Both the position numbers and the translations under genes were made by a program. The notes under the pieces are model-generated. The model saw nothing but the letters and a program-made list of their open reading frames with translations. It made no database searches and was not told the DNA's origin. From Acutalibacteraceae bacterium (lineage in GTDB: Bacteria > Bacillota > Clostridia > Oscillospirales > Acutalibacteraceae), in NCBI GenBank assembly GCA_045588425.1, contig JAZNED010000120.1, positions 1 to 54,607 of the forward strand: a stretch of DNA of 54,607 nt. Reading direction: 5' to 3'. Positions 1 to 6,766 of the stretch are shown here, one piece after another. The stretch's first letter is position 1. Each line of letters opens with the position of its first letter.

Positions 1-50
1 AGAGTAAACAACAAACACAGGAACAGCGTCAAAGACAACAGCTTTTTCAT
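1..50 (-). CDS. Partial CDS (5' end only), signal-peptide-like N-terminus MKKLLSLTLFLCLLFT
   Basis: The ATG at 50-48 overlaps the TGA stop (49-47) of the upstream ASCH gene (ATGA coupling). A K-rich n-region is followed by a hydrophobic stretch. The ORF runs off the window edge. Confidence 0.4.
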   Translation of the reverse strand, partial: MKKLLSLTLFLCLLFT

Positions 51-403
51 GATTCGTCCTCCAATAGAACAATTTCAATACCCACCACGCCATACTGCGC
101 CTGTCGCTCAGCAGAATAGTACACGTTCATATCCGCAGGTGCGGCGGCAGCAATTTCCTCGGGCAGATAGCCGCATTTATCCAGCGGCAAGGCGGCATAC
201 AGCGCCGCAAAATCCGAAAAACGATGCAGTGCCGTCACCTTAGCGGTGAGGGTTTTCGTCGCATCCTCGGCGTGAACAAACACTAGGGTGTCCCCTACTC
301 GGATTTTCCGCCGTTTTTCGTCATATAGGCGCAGTTCAATGGTCTTGCGCCCGTCAGCCATCATAGCGAATGGTTGCGGATTGAGATTAAGTGTATGGGT
401 CAT
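47..403 (-). CDS. ASCH domain-containing protein
   Basis: The translation (..KTIELRLYDEKRRKIRVGDTLVF..) resembles the ASC-1 homology/PUA-like fold family. The ATG at 403 follows AAGAGGTGA by 6 nt. The ORF track extends to a GTG at 412. Confidence 0.6.
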   Translation of the reverse strand: MTHTLNLNPQPFAMMADGRKTIELRLYDEKRRKIRVGDTLVFVHAEDATKTLTAKVTALHRFSDFAALYAALPLDKCGYLPEEIAAAAPADMNVYYSAERQAQYGVVGIEIVLLEDES

Positions 404-450
404 GAACGTCACCTCTTTAGGGTGAGTATAACATAAAACGACACAAAAGT

Positions 451-484
451 AAAGCCGCTGTTGTGGTTACAACAGCGGCTTTTC
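451..484. terminator. Rho-independent terminator hairpin (bidirectional)
   Basis: aaagccgctgttgt-ggtt-acaacagcggcttt lies directly after the stop of the DUF4097 gene. Confidence 0.7.
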
Positions 485-487
485 GAA

Positions 488-1333
488 TTATTGAATCTTA
501 ATCTTAATGTCTCCGGTGGTGGCGGAGAGTTTACAACTACCACCCTCGGCGGATGGAGGAACCTTCACATCACCGGTAGTGGCATGAGCATCAAACGTCT
601 TGGCGGTCAAGAGGGTGCCGGTGATGTCGCCGGTAGTGGTCTTGACAGTCAGCTCAGAGGCGTCACAGGCGACAAAGCTCACATCTCCGGTACCACGCTT
701 GATGGAGAAAGACTCGGACGCAATAACATTGTTCAGCGTGATGTCACCGGTAGTACCGGTAGCGGTGAGATTGCGGCAGGTGACGTCAGACAGCTGAACG
801 TCGCCGGTGGTGCTGTGCAGCGTCATATCGCCGGAAACGGCGGCTGAACAGATAATGTCACCGGTGGTGACATCAATATCTGCGGAAGCAAACGAGAAAT
901 TCTTGGGGATGCTGATATCGCCGGTAGTAGCTTTTACCGCCAGTGCGCTATAGGTGCCTGCAGGCAAATAAACGGTGATGGTAGGACTTTCCAGGTGAAA
1001 ACCTAAATGCTGATACCACTTGGTGCTGTCCGTGTTTTTGATCACTAAGGTATCCCCTTCCACCGCCACCGTGTGCTTCGTCTTAACTTCTTCATAGCAC
1101 ACTACCGAAACAGTGTTATCTGCCGAGGGAACAAAGACAATATCGGCGGTTTGAATGTGAATCGAAATATTGGTAAAAGGATCGGCCAAGGTGTAAGTAT
1201 TAGTTTCATACTTATCCTTAGACAATTTTCTGAAATTCCAGTTCATAGCGGTCATCACTCCTGCAAATAAGATACATCCAACCAGTATGAGCGAAATAGC
1301 GACAATCAGCCAACCTTTGGTACGTTTGGTCAT
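488..1333 (-). CDS. DUF4097-family beta-strand repeat protein (putative adhesin-like), N-terminal TM anchor
   Basis: TTGDI/TTGDV motifs recur about every 20 aa and there is an N-terminal TM helix. The ATG at 1333 follows GGGGGAGG and overlaps the upstream stop (ATGA). Confidence 0.75.
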   Translation of the reverse strand: MTKRTKGWLIVAISLILVGCILFAGVMTAMNWNFRKLSKDKYETNTYTLADPFTNISIHIQTADIVFVPSADNTVSVVCYEEVKTKHTVAVEGDTLVIKNTDSTKWYQHLGFHLESPTITVYLPAGTYSALAVKATTGDISIPKNFSFASADIDVTTGDIICSAAVSGDMTLHSTTGDVQLSDVTCRNLTATGTTGDITLNNVIASESFSIKRGTGDVSFVACDASELTVKTTTGDITGTLLTAKTFDAHATTGDVKVPPSAEGGSCKLSATTGDIKIKIQ

Positions 1334-1932
1334 TGTACCTCCCCCTTTCGCATACAAGCCTTTTTAATGGCGAGGACGATACCTTTGGTGAGGCGGGCGG
1401 AACCTTTGGTTGCTGCCTTACAGCCGAAGAAAGCAAAGATGGAAAGACCGGCGCAGACTAAAGCACCTGCCAAAAGCACAAGCCCGGCGGGAGTATCGCC
1501 GGTACACAGCAGAACAATGCCGCCTGCAAAGCCACCAAGGCCACTAGCGGCCAAGGAAGCGAACACAGACCAACAAGAAATCACAACCGCCCACAAAGAT
1601 ACGTACAACGACAACAGAACGGCCAAGACGGCAATCAGCAAGGATAACCAGATGGGAGAACCCAGTGCCAGAAGGACGATCTCCCAAGCGCTCAATCGGT
1701 GTTTCGGCTTGATTCGTTGCTTCACCAGCTTGGCGATGGGGTATTCGTCAACGATCTGCAGAACGATCTCTTCCACCGAGCCAATGGCGGCAACAGCCTC
1801 CTTTTCGCTAATACCATCTTCCATGCGATCGTCAATCATCTCAGCGTAAAAGTCGGCACGTTCTTCCATGTCGCTGGGCGGCAGACCGGTCAACGCCTCC
1901 CGCAATGCGGTGAGAAATTCCTGTTTAGTCAT
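1330..1932 (-). CDS. DUF1700-domain membrane protein (PadR-associated)
   Basis: The N-terminus MTKQEFLTALREALTGLPPSDMEERADFYAEMIDD is typical of DUF1700, and the C-terminus has TM helices. GGAGG lies 9 nt upstream of the ATG at 1932. Confidence 0.75.
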   Translation of the reverse strand: MTKQEFLTALREALTGLPPSDMEERADFYAEMIDDRMEDGISEKEAVAAIGSVEEIVLQIVDEYPIAKLVKQRIKPKHRLSAWEIVLLALGSPIWLSLLIAVLAVLLSLYVSLWAVVISCWSVFASLAASGLGGFAGGIVLLCTGDTPAGLVLLAGALVCAGLSIFAFFGCKAATKGSARLTKGIVLAIKKACMRKGEVQ

Positions 1933-2245
1933 GCGGTTCATCCTCCTTTGTCACAAACTGATAAATGGACAGCACCTCTGTCCACTCGCTCTTGAACTCT
2001 TCGATACGGCGACGTCCCGTCTCGGTGATGTGATAATATTTCCGCAGGCGACCGTCGTGCTCGGCGGTGCGGACGGTGAGCATCTCGGCGGCTTCCAGCC
2101 GCTTGAGTATGGTGTACAGCGTAGACTCAGACAGAACGATATAAGGTTTTAAATTCTTGATGATCTTGTATCCGTAAGAATCCTCGCTCTTGATGGCGGC
2201 CAGCACGCAGACGTCCAACAGGCCGCGCTTGAGTTGCATATCCAT
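1925..2245 (-). CDS. PadR family transcriptional regulator
   Basis: LKRGLLDVCVLAAIKSEDSYGYKIIKNL...TLYTILKRLE is a winged-helix PadR signature. The RBS is GAGGAGG. It is the first gene of the PadR-DUF1700-DUF4097 trio. Confidence 0.85.
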   Translation of the reverse strand: MDMQLKRGLLDVCVLAAIKSEDSYGYKIIKNLKPYIVLSESTLYTILKRLEAAEMLTVRTAEHDGRLRKYYHITETGRRRIEEFKSEWTEVLSIYQFVTKEDEPHD

Positions 2246-2270
2246 CGACATACCTCCTCTTGCGTAATAC

Positions 2271-2299
2271 ATCATAACACGAAGTATATAGTTTGTCAA
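2271..2299 (-). promoter_or_regulatory. Sigma-A type promoter of the PadR operon
   Basis: The minus strand reads TTGACA-17 nt-TATGAT about 25 nt upstream of the RBS. Confidence 0.6.
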
Positions 2300-2331
2300 G
2301 AGGGAAAACGAAGAAGTAAGGAGATAAAGTT

Positions 2332-2557
2332 TTGGGGACTTTGAACCCCGGTTTTGCGCCGAGCAGGCGCATATCGTAGCTTCCTGCTAGCGCAAAACCT
2401 AAGAAACGGCACAGCCATTTCGGGGATTCCGTCCACGAACGAGTACAAAAATACAGGGTAGGCGAATGCCTACCCTCTCTTTTTGGGGGACTTGAACCCC
2501 GGTTTTGACCGAAGATAAGTTAAGAGCGCTGCCACAAGGCTGTGGGCGGTCAAAACC
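2332..2557 (-). repeat. Two tandem structured repeat units (period about 152 bp), each a long hairpin followed by a T-arm-like hairpin
   Basis: The minus-strand units read GGTTTTG(N)..(N)CAAAACC-GGGGTTCAA(A)GTCCCC and occupy 2332-2399 and 2484-2557. A partial third unit lies at about 2583-2605. Confidence 0.6.
2455..2485. terminator. Hairpin with T-runs on both strands, lying between the two repeat units
   Basis: The sequence is agggtaggc-gaat-gcctaccct, flanked by ttttt on both strands. Confidence 0.5.
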
Positions 2558-2611
2558 TATAGTTTTCGCAGAGCGAAAACTAGGGGAGTTCAAGGCCATC
2601 TCCCGAGCAAA

Positions 2612-2648
2612 GCAAAAGACCCCGAGCCGTTGGCTCGGGGTCTTTTGC
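2612..2648. terminator. Rho-independent terminator after the AT-rich two-gene operon
   Basis: The sequence is gcaaaagaccccgagcc-gttg-gctcggggtcttttgc. Confidence 0.7.
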
Positions 2649-2713
2649 TTGGAAAGGTAATGTAAAATGTATGCCTTTTGATTTTTTGACCTATGTGTTT
2701 GAACCCTCGTAAA

Positions 2714-3211
2714 TCAATCAGTTATTATCCTATATATTTCTTCTTTCTTTTTTATATAAACAACTTTTTCTTTATAAGGTTCTAAAATTCTAACAAATTC
2801 CTTCATATTGGTGTTTTGGAAAGTATTAGTCCATTTCAAAAGGTTGCAAACAGACTTTAATGTTTCTTTTTTACCTTTTTCAAGACCTACTCTTCTTTTA
2901 ATAAATCTCTTAATTATACGAAATTTGTATAGCCATTTTGGCATGTCCAACACATAAATTATATCGGCATCTTCAAAACTTTTCTGTACCCAAGCATAAT
3001 AAACACCATCTATAATCCAATCAGGTTGTTGTAATATATCATTCAACATTTGATTACGCTTTTCTATAGGCATTTTGACACCGTATGAATTTTGGCTATT
3101 ATCCCATTGAATATCATCTAAATCAAAATTCGGTATATCATATTTTTTAGATAGTCTTTTTGCAAAATATGTTTTACCCGAACCACTACAACCGATTATT
3201 CGGACTTTCAT
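2714..3211 (-). CDS. P-loop NTPase / adenylate-kinase-like (topology modulation FlaR-like) protein
   Basis: It has a Walker A motif, GCSGSGKT. The RBS is AAGGAGAA. The ATG overlaps the stop of the upstream gene (ATGA). The coding sequence is strongly AT-rich compared with its surroundings. Confidence 0.65.
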   Translation of the reverse strand: MKVRIIGCSGSGKTYFAKRLSKKYDIPNFDLDDIQWDNSQNSYGVKMPIEKRNQMLNDILQQPDWIIDGVYYAWVQKSFEDADIIYVLDMPKWLYKFRIIKRFIKRRVGLEKGKKETLKSVCNLLKWTNTFQNTNMKEFVRILEPYKEKVVYIKKKEEIYRIITD

Positions 3212-3555
3212 TTATTATTCTCCTTTGCGGTATTGATCGAAGCGATAAGAATTCTACGAATTGTCCCGCATTGATTATATAAATCTTTTGCAATTTCTCT
3301 ATCTATTAACTCAGACTTTATAAATAATTCAAGCCAATATTCAGTCTCATAACATTCTTTAAGTGCTATTTGCAGTTTCGCAACAAAATCGGCTTTACCG
3401 TGAGCATAATTTGCTTCGTGAATGTTTGCACCAATAGAAGTTGCAGAGCGTTCTAACTGATTAACAAGTGAGTAATGACCTTTGATATTTTCGCAAAGTT
3501 TTATAACTTTAATGGAAAAGTCCATTGATAAATCCACAAGTTTGTTTTCTTTCAA
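3208..3555 (-). CDS. Four-helix-bundle protein (23S rRNA intervening-sequence protein / bAvd-like family)
   Basis: ..LERSATSIGANIHEANYAHGKADFVAKLQIALKECYETEYWLELF.. is the family signature. The likely start is the TTG at 3555, 6 nt after GAGGTGA. The ORF stays open to 3576. Confidence 0.7.
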   Translation of the reverse strand: MKENKLVDLSMDFSIKVIKLCENIKGHYSLVNQLERSATSIGANIHEANYAHGKADFVAKLQIALKECYETEYWLELFIKSELIDREIAKDLYNQCGTIRRILIASINTAKENNK

Positions 3556-3576
3556 GAATATCACCTCTGCAAACAT

Positions 3577-3761
3577 TATAACATATTCAATGAAATATTG
3601 CTACGCAATATGAAATAATCCTAACGGATTATGAAATTTTCTGCTATCTCAGAAAGTGAAATAAAATTCGCCTCTTAAACATTTGCAAAGCAAATATTAC
3701 ATAGCGAAGCTATTTCATATTACTAAGTAATATTTCACTCGCCGCAAGGCGAATTTCATTG
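3577..3761. repeat. Array of about 8 mini-hairpins punctuated by TGAAAT (left half) and ATTTCA (right half)
   Basis: Examples are attgc-tac-gcaat, aatcc-taac-ggatt, tttctg-ctatct-cagaaa, atttgc-aaa-gcaaat, tagc-gaa-gcta and tcgcc-gcaa-ggcga. Each abuts a (A/G)TGAAAT word or its complement. Confidence 0.6.
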
Positions 3762-3793
3762 AAAAAGCGACTTGTCGAAACAAGTCGCTTTTT
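3762..3793. terminator. Terminator immediately 3' of tRNA-Leu
   Basis: The sequence is aaaaagcgacttgt-cgaa-acaagtcgcttttt. Confidence 0.75.
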
Positions 3794-3794
3794 C

Positions 3795-3879
3795 TGGTGC
3801 GAGGGAGGGGACTTGAACCCCCACGCCATTTGACACACGCACCTCAAACGTGCCTGTCTGCCGATTCCAGCACCCTCGC
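3795..3879 (-). tRNA. tRNA-Leu (anticodon GAG), class II with long variable arm, encoded CCA
   Basis: The reverse complement GCGAGGGTGCTGGAATCGGCAGACAGGCACGTTTGAGGTGCGTGTGTCAAATGGCGTGGGGGTTCAAGTCCCCTCCCTCGCACCA folds as a cloverleaf. The acceptor stem is 7 bp, the anticodon stem is CACGT/GCGTG, the loop is TTGAGGT and the T-arm is GGGGTTCAAGTCCCC. Confidence 0.9.
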
Positions 3880-3893
3880 ATATAACAGGAGTT

Positions 3894-3922
3894 ATTATAC
3901 CACCTCCTTTTTACTGTGTCAA
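3894..3922 (-). promoter_or_regulatory. Promoter of tRNA-Leu
   Basis: The minus strand reads TTGACA-17 nt-TATAAT about 14 nt upstream of tRNA position 1. Confidence 0.65.
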
Positions 3923-3963
3923 TGCTTTTCCATCCTTTTCTTGACTAAAATTCAACGAAAGTC

Positions 3964-3992
3964 TTGACATTTTTGTATCAATCCCTCATAAT
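3964..3992 (+). promoter_or_regulatory. Candidate promoter of rex
   Basis: The sequence is TTGACA-17 nt-CATAAT, about 38 nt upstream of the rex start. Confidence 0.5.
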
Positions 3993-4029
3993 AGATATGT
4001 TAACGTTCTATGACTGTGAGGTGTTTCCT

Positions 4030-4671
4030 ATGGCGAAAGATTCCACGATTTCTCTGCGCGTGATTCAGCGCTTGCCCCGCTATTACCGCTTTTTATATGA
4101 CCTGAAAGAGAACGGCATCACCCGTATCTCCTCCCGCGAGCTGGCCCAGCGTATGCGGCTGACCGCCTCCCAGATCCGTCAGGATCTCAACTGTTTCGGC
4201 GGATTCGGTCAGCAGGGCTACGGCTATCTGGTAGACCAACTGTACGACGAGATTGGCCACATCCTCGGTATGGATAAACTGACCAAGACCATCCTACTGG
4301 GCGTGGGCAATCTGGGTACTGCCGTGGGCAATCACATCGACTTCAAGTCCCGCGGTTTTAACCTTATCGGTCTGTTCGATGACAACCCCGAGCTGGTGGG
4401 TGACACCCGCGCGGATATGACCATCCGCTCCACTGCCGAGGTAGAGGCGTTCTGCCGCAAGGAAAAGCCCGAGATGGCTGTGCTGTGCATTCCGAAAGAA
4501 GCCGCTCCCCGACTGGTAGAAGTGCTGGTGGACTGCGGCGTGAAGGGGTTCTGGAATTTCTCCCACTACGACATTCTCAACGACTATCCCGACGTGATCG
4601 TGGAGAACGTACATATGGGCGACAACCTGATGACCCTCTCCTATCACATGGTGCAGGGCGAAGAAGAATAA
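4030..4671 (+). CDS. rex: Redox-sensing transcriptional repressor Rex
   Basis: RVIQRLPRYYRFL...ISSRELAQRMRLTASQIRQDLNCFGGFGQQGYGY is followed by a Rossmann motif, LLGVGNLG. The ATG at 4030 lies 9 nt after GAGG. Confidence 0.9.
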   Translation: MAKDSTISLRVIQRLPRYYRFLYDLKENGITRISSRELAQRMRLTASQIRQDLNCFGGFGQQGYGYLVDQLYDEIGHILGMDKLTKTILLGVGNLGTAVGNHIDFKSRGFNLIGLFDDNPELVGDTRADMTIRSTAEVEAFCRKEKPEMAVLCIPKEAAPRLVEVLVDCGVKGFWNFSHYDILNDYPDVIVENVHMGDNLMTLSYHMVQGEEE

Positions 4672-4674
4672 CCG

Positions 4675-4710
4675 ATACGGCGTGTGTATACCACACGCCG
4701 TATATTTTTT
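4675..4710 (+). terminator. Rex terminator
   Basis: The sequence is atacggcgtgtg-tatac-cacacgccgtat followed by tttttt. Confidence 0.7.
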
Positions 4711-4744
4711 GTATTCCCTCGCACAATAGATGTGAGGTGATAGT

Positions 4745-4975
4745 ATGAGCGACGAAAAACGACCACTCCCCCACCCCGACGATATGGAGATGCGGGTGAA
4801 CCCTGTCCTCGGCGAACCGGTGGACGTGTGGGATCAGGTGAACAAGTATGGTACCTATGAGGTGCAGGACACCACAGATACAGACAACGTGTTCCCGTGC
4901 ATTGGATATGAGGGTAGCGAAAACGCCTGTGTGGATGCGGCTAATAAGATGATAAAGAAAAAGCCCGAGCTGTAA
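4745..4975 (+). CDS. Hypothetical small acidic protein (76 aa)
   Basis: It has a good RBS (GAGGTGA, 6 nt spacing) and its own terminator. I recognise no family. Confidence 0.55.
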   Translation: MSDEKRPLPHPDDMEMRVNPVLGEPVDVWDQVNKYGTYEVQDTTDTDNVFPCIGYEGSENACVDAANKMIKKKPEL

Positions 4976-4987
4976 GCTCGGGCTTTT
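4958..4987. terminator. Bidirectional terminator shared by the small ORF and the convergent esterase gene
   Basis: The sequence is aaaagcccgagc-tgta-agctcgggctttt. Confidence 0.7.
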
Positions 4988-4991
4988 CATG

Positions 4992-5780
4992 TTACTTCAC
5001 GCGCTTCATAAAATCCAGAGAGAGGTTGCCCCACTGGCAGGCGCCGGGGAGCCAACCTGCCATGGCGTTGCCGTGCTCACCCTCGGGGAACAGATGGCAC
5101 TCCACGTAGCGGCCTGCGGTAGCCATCGCCTTAGTCAGGCGGATGGAATGCTCAAAGGGCACCAAGGTATCGGGGATGGTGTGCCACATAAAGATGGGAG
5201 AGGTTTTCTCGCTGACGTGCTTCTCCAAGGAGAGGGTATCCAGGCGCTGCTGAGAGGCATCCTCGCCGAGGATATGGCGGAAGGAATCCTGGTGGCCTGC
5301 ATCGGCGTCGGCGCAGGTGACGGGATAGCCGAGGATAGCACCGGTCAGGCGGGAATCGGTGGTGGGAGCGGTGGGCAGATACTCGTTCACAATATCATCA
5401 AACACCGCCACGCAACCGCAGAGGTGACCGCCTGCGGAGAAGCCGACACCGAACACGCGGTTAGGGTCAACGCCCCATTCCTCAGCGTGGGCACGGACAT
5501 TCTTCACCGCATACTGGGCATCCAACATCGGCGCCGGATGGGGATAAGGGCGGACACGATAGTAAACGATAAAGGCGTTGTAGCCATTGTCGTAATAGAA
5601 CTGCGCCACGGGATCGCACTCCCACTCGCCGTGGATGCAATAGCCGCCACCGGGATAGACGATCATAGCGGGATGTACCTCGCCATCCTCGTGGAGGTAG
5701 GCGGTCATCTTATTCTCGAAGGGGATGTTTTCGTCATACAGAGGGATGTCGTTCTCCCAGATTTTCATATCCTTAATCAT
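4992..5780 (-). CDS. Alpha/beta hydrolase (acetyl/feruloyl esterase-like)
   Basis: It has the HGGG-like motif YPGGGY and the nucleophile elbow GFSAGGH. The ATG at 5780 lies about 9 nt after AAAGGAG. The track's GTG at 5789 abuts the RBS. Confidence 0.75.
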   Translation of the reverse strand: MIKDMKIWENDIPLYDENIPFENKMTAYLHEDGEVHPAMIVYPGGGYCIHGEWECDPVAQFYYDNGYNAFIVYYRVRPYPHPAPMLDAQYAVKNVRAHAEEWGVDPNRVFGVGFSAGGHLCGCVAVFDDIVNEYLPTAPTTDSRLTGAILGYPVTCADADAGHQDSFRHILGEDASQQRLDTLSLEKHVSEKTSPIFMWHTIPDTLVPFEHSIRLTKAMATAGRYVECHLFPEGEHGNAMAGWLPGACQWGNLSLDFMKRVK

Positions 5781-5793
5781 AATTGGCACTCCT

Positions 5794-6453
5794 TTACATT
5801 TTTCTCAGCAAGTCGCTTAAATCGGTCAAGCGGGAAACGGTGACAAAATCGCCATCGTGATAGTAGCCTCGGGCACGGCGGAGGAGGTGCTCCGCCATCA
5901 TTTGGCGGTAGGGTCTCCCCTCTTCGGCGGTGAAAAAGCCGCCGTAGATGAGCAAGTCGTCGCAGACAGGGGCGGCGGTGTACTCCGCCGCCAGTACGGG
6001 ATAGAGGTGGCGGCCGTCGATGATGAGGTGCTCCTCTAAGACGGTGAAGCCATGGGTCAGCAACCAACGTCGTAAATCCTCCGCGCGGGTCATAGGCTGT
6101 AAAATCAGGCGGATGCCCTCGTTTTGTACCCACGGGGCGGCCTCTAAGATGGCGGCGATGGTCTCGCCACCCATACCGGCGATGGCAATATCCTCTACCT
6201 CCCCTGCAGACACGGTGGAAAGGCCATCTCCAAGGTGTAAAGCGATTTCACTTGTCAGCCTATTTTCCGTGACGGTGCGGCGTGCGGCGTCCAACGGACC
6301 TGCCCCGATATCCGAAGCGATGGCGGACGGGCACACACCGCTCTGTACCAAATAAACGGGCAGGTAGGCGTGGTCGGTGCCGATATCCGCAAGGCGGCTG
6401 CCCTGCCGCACCAAGGCGGCTACGGCAGACAGGCGTTTATCTAAAGTAATCAT
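5794..6453 (-). CDS. trmK: tRNA (adenine(22)-N1)-methyltransferase TrmK family
   Basis: The N-terminus LDKRLSAVAALVRQGSRLADIGTDHAYLPVYL is the TrmK/DUF633 signature. The RBS is AGGAG. Confidence 0.8.
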   Translation of the reverse strand: MITLDKRLSAVAALVRQGSRLADIGTDHAYLPVYLVQSGVCPSAIASDIGAGPLDAARRTVTENRLTSEIALHLGDGLSTVSAGEVEDIAIAGMGGETIAAILEAAPWVQNEGIRLILQPMTRAEDLRRWLLTHGFTVLEEHLIIDGRHLYPVLAAEYTAAPVCDDLLIYGGFFTAEEGRPYRQMMAEHLLRRARGYYHDGDFVTVSRLTDLSDLLRKM

Positions 6454-6466
6454 AATGACTCCTATG

Positions 6467-6500
6467 GAAAAACGGCAGAGGTATGCCCTCTGCCGTTTTT
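6467..6500. terminator. Terminator hairpin between DUF1858 and trmK
   Basis: The sequence is aaaaacggcagagg-tatg-ccctctgccgttttt. Confidence 0.7.
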
Positions 6501-6502
6501 GA

Positions 6503-6700
6503 TCAATTACCGAAGTGCTTGTTCAGCTTCTCCACCAGATCGTCCACAGACACGCCGTGAACAGCGCAGGCCTGCTCCAGATTCTCGCTACGGGCACCGG
6601 GGCAACCCAAGCAGTGCATACCCATCTCCAGGAAGTAAGGAGCGGTGGTGGGATCGGCGTCCAGAATGTTGCCGATAATGCTCTCTTTGGTGATAATCAT
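6503..6700 (-). CDS. DUF1858 / hybrid-cluster-protein-associated redox disulfide domain protein
   Basis: It contains ..FLEMGMHCLGCPGARSENLEQACAVHGV... The ATG at 6700 follows AAAGGAG. Confidence 0.7.
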   Translation of the reverse strand: MIITKESIIGNILDADPTTAPYFLEMGMHCLGCPGARSENLEQACAVHGVSVDDLVEKLNKHFGN

Positions 6701-6766
6701 AGGGAAAACTCCTTTCATTTGGTTACAAGGTTATTATATCATTTTAACTGTAAAAAGCAAGTGGGA

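Noticed and set aside
2332-2557. Genuine tRNA or tmRNA genes, suggested by the GGGGTTCAAGTCCCC T-arm motif.
   Set aside because: The units have no acceptor stem, D-arm, anticodon arm or 3' CCA context. After the T-arm-like hairpin the sequence runs into A/T tracts and a terminator or promoter.
3208-3555. Diversity-generating retroelement, suggested by the bAvd-like four-helix-bundle gene.
   Set aside because: No reverse transcriptase ORF and no template/variable repeat pair are visible nearby. The partner gene is a small P-loop NTPase.
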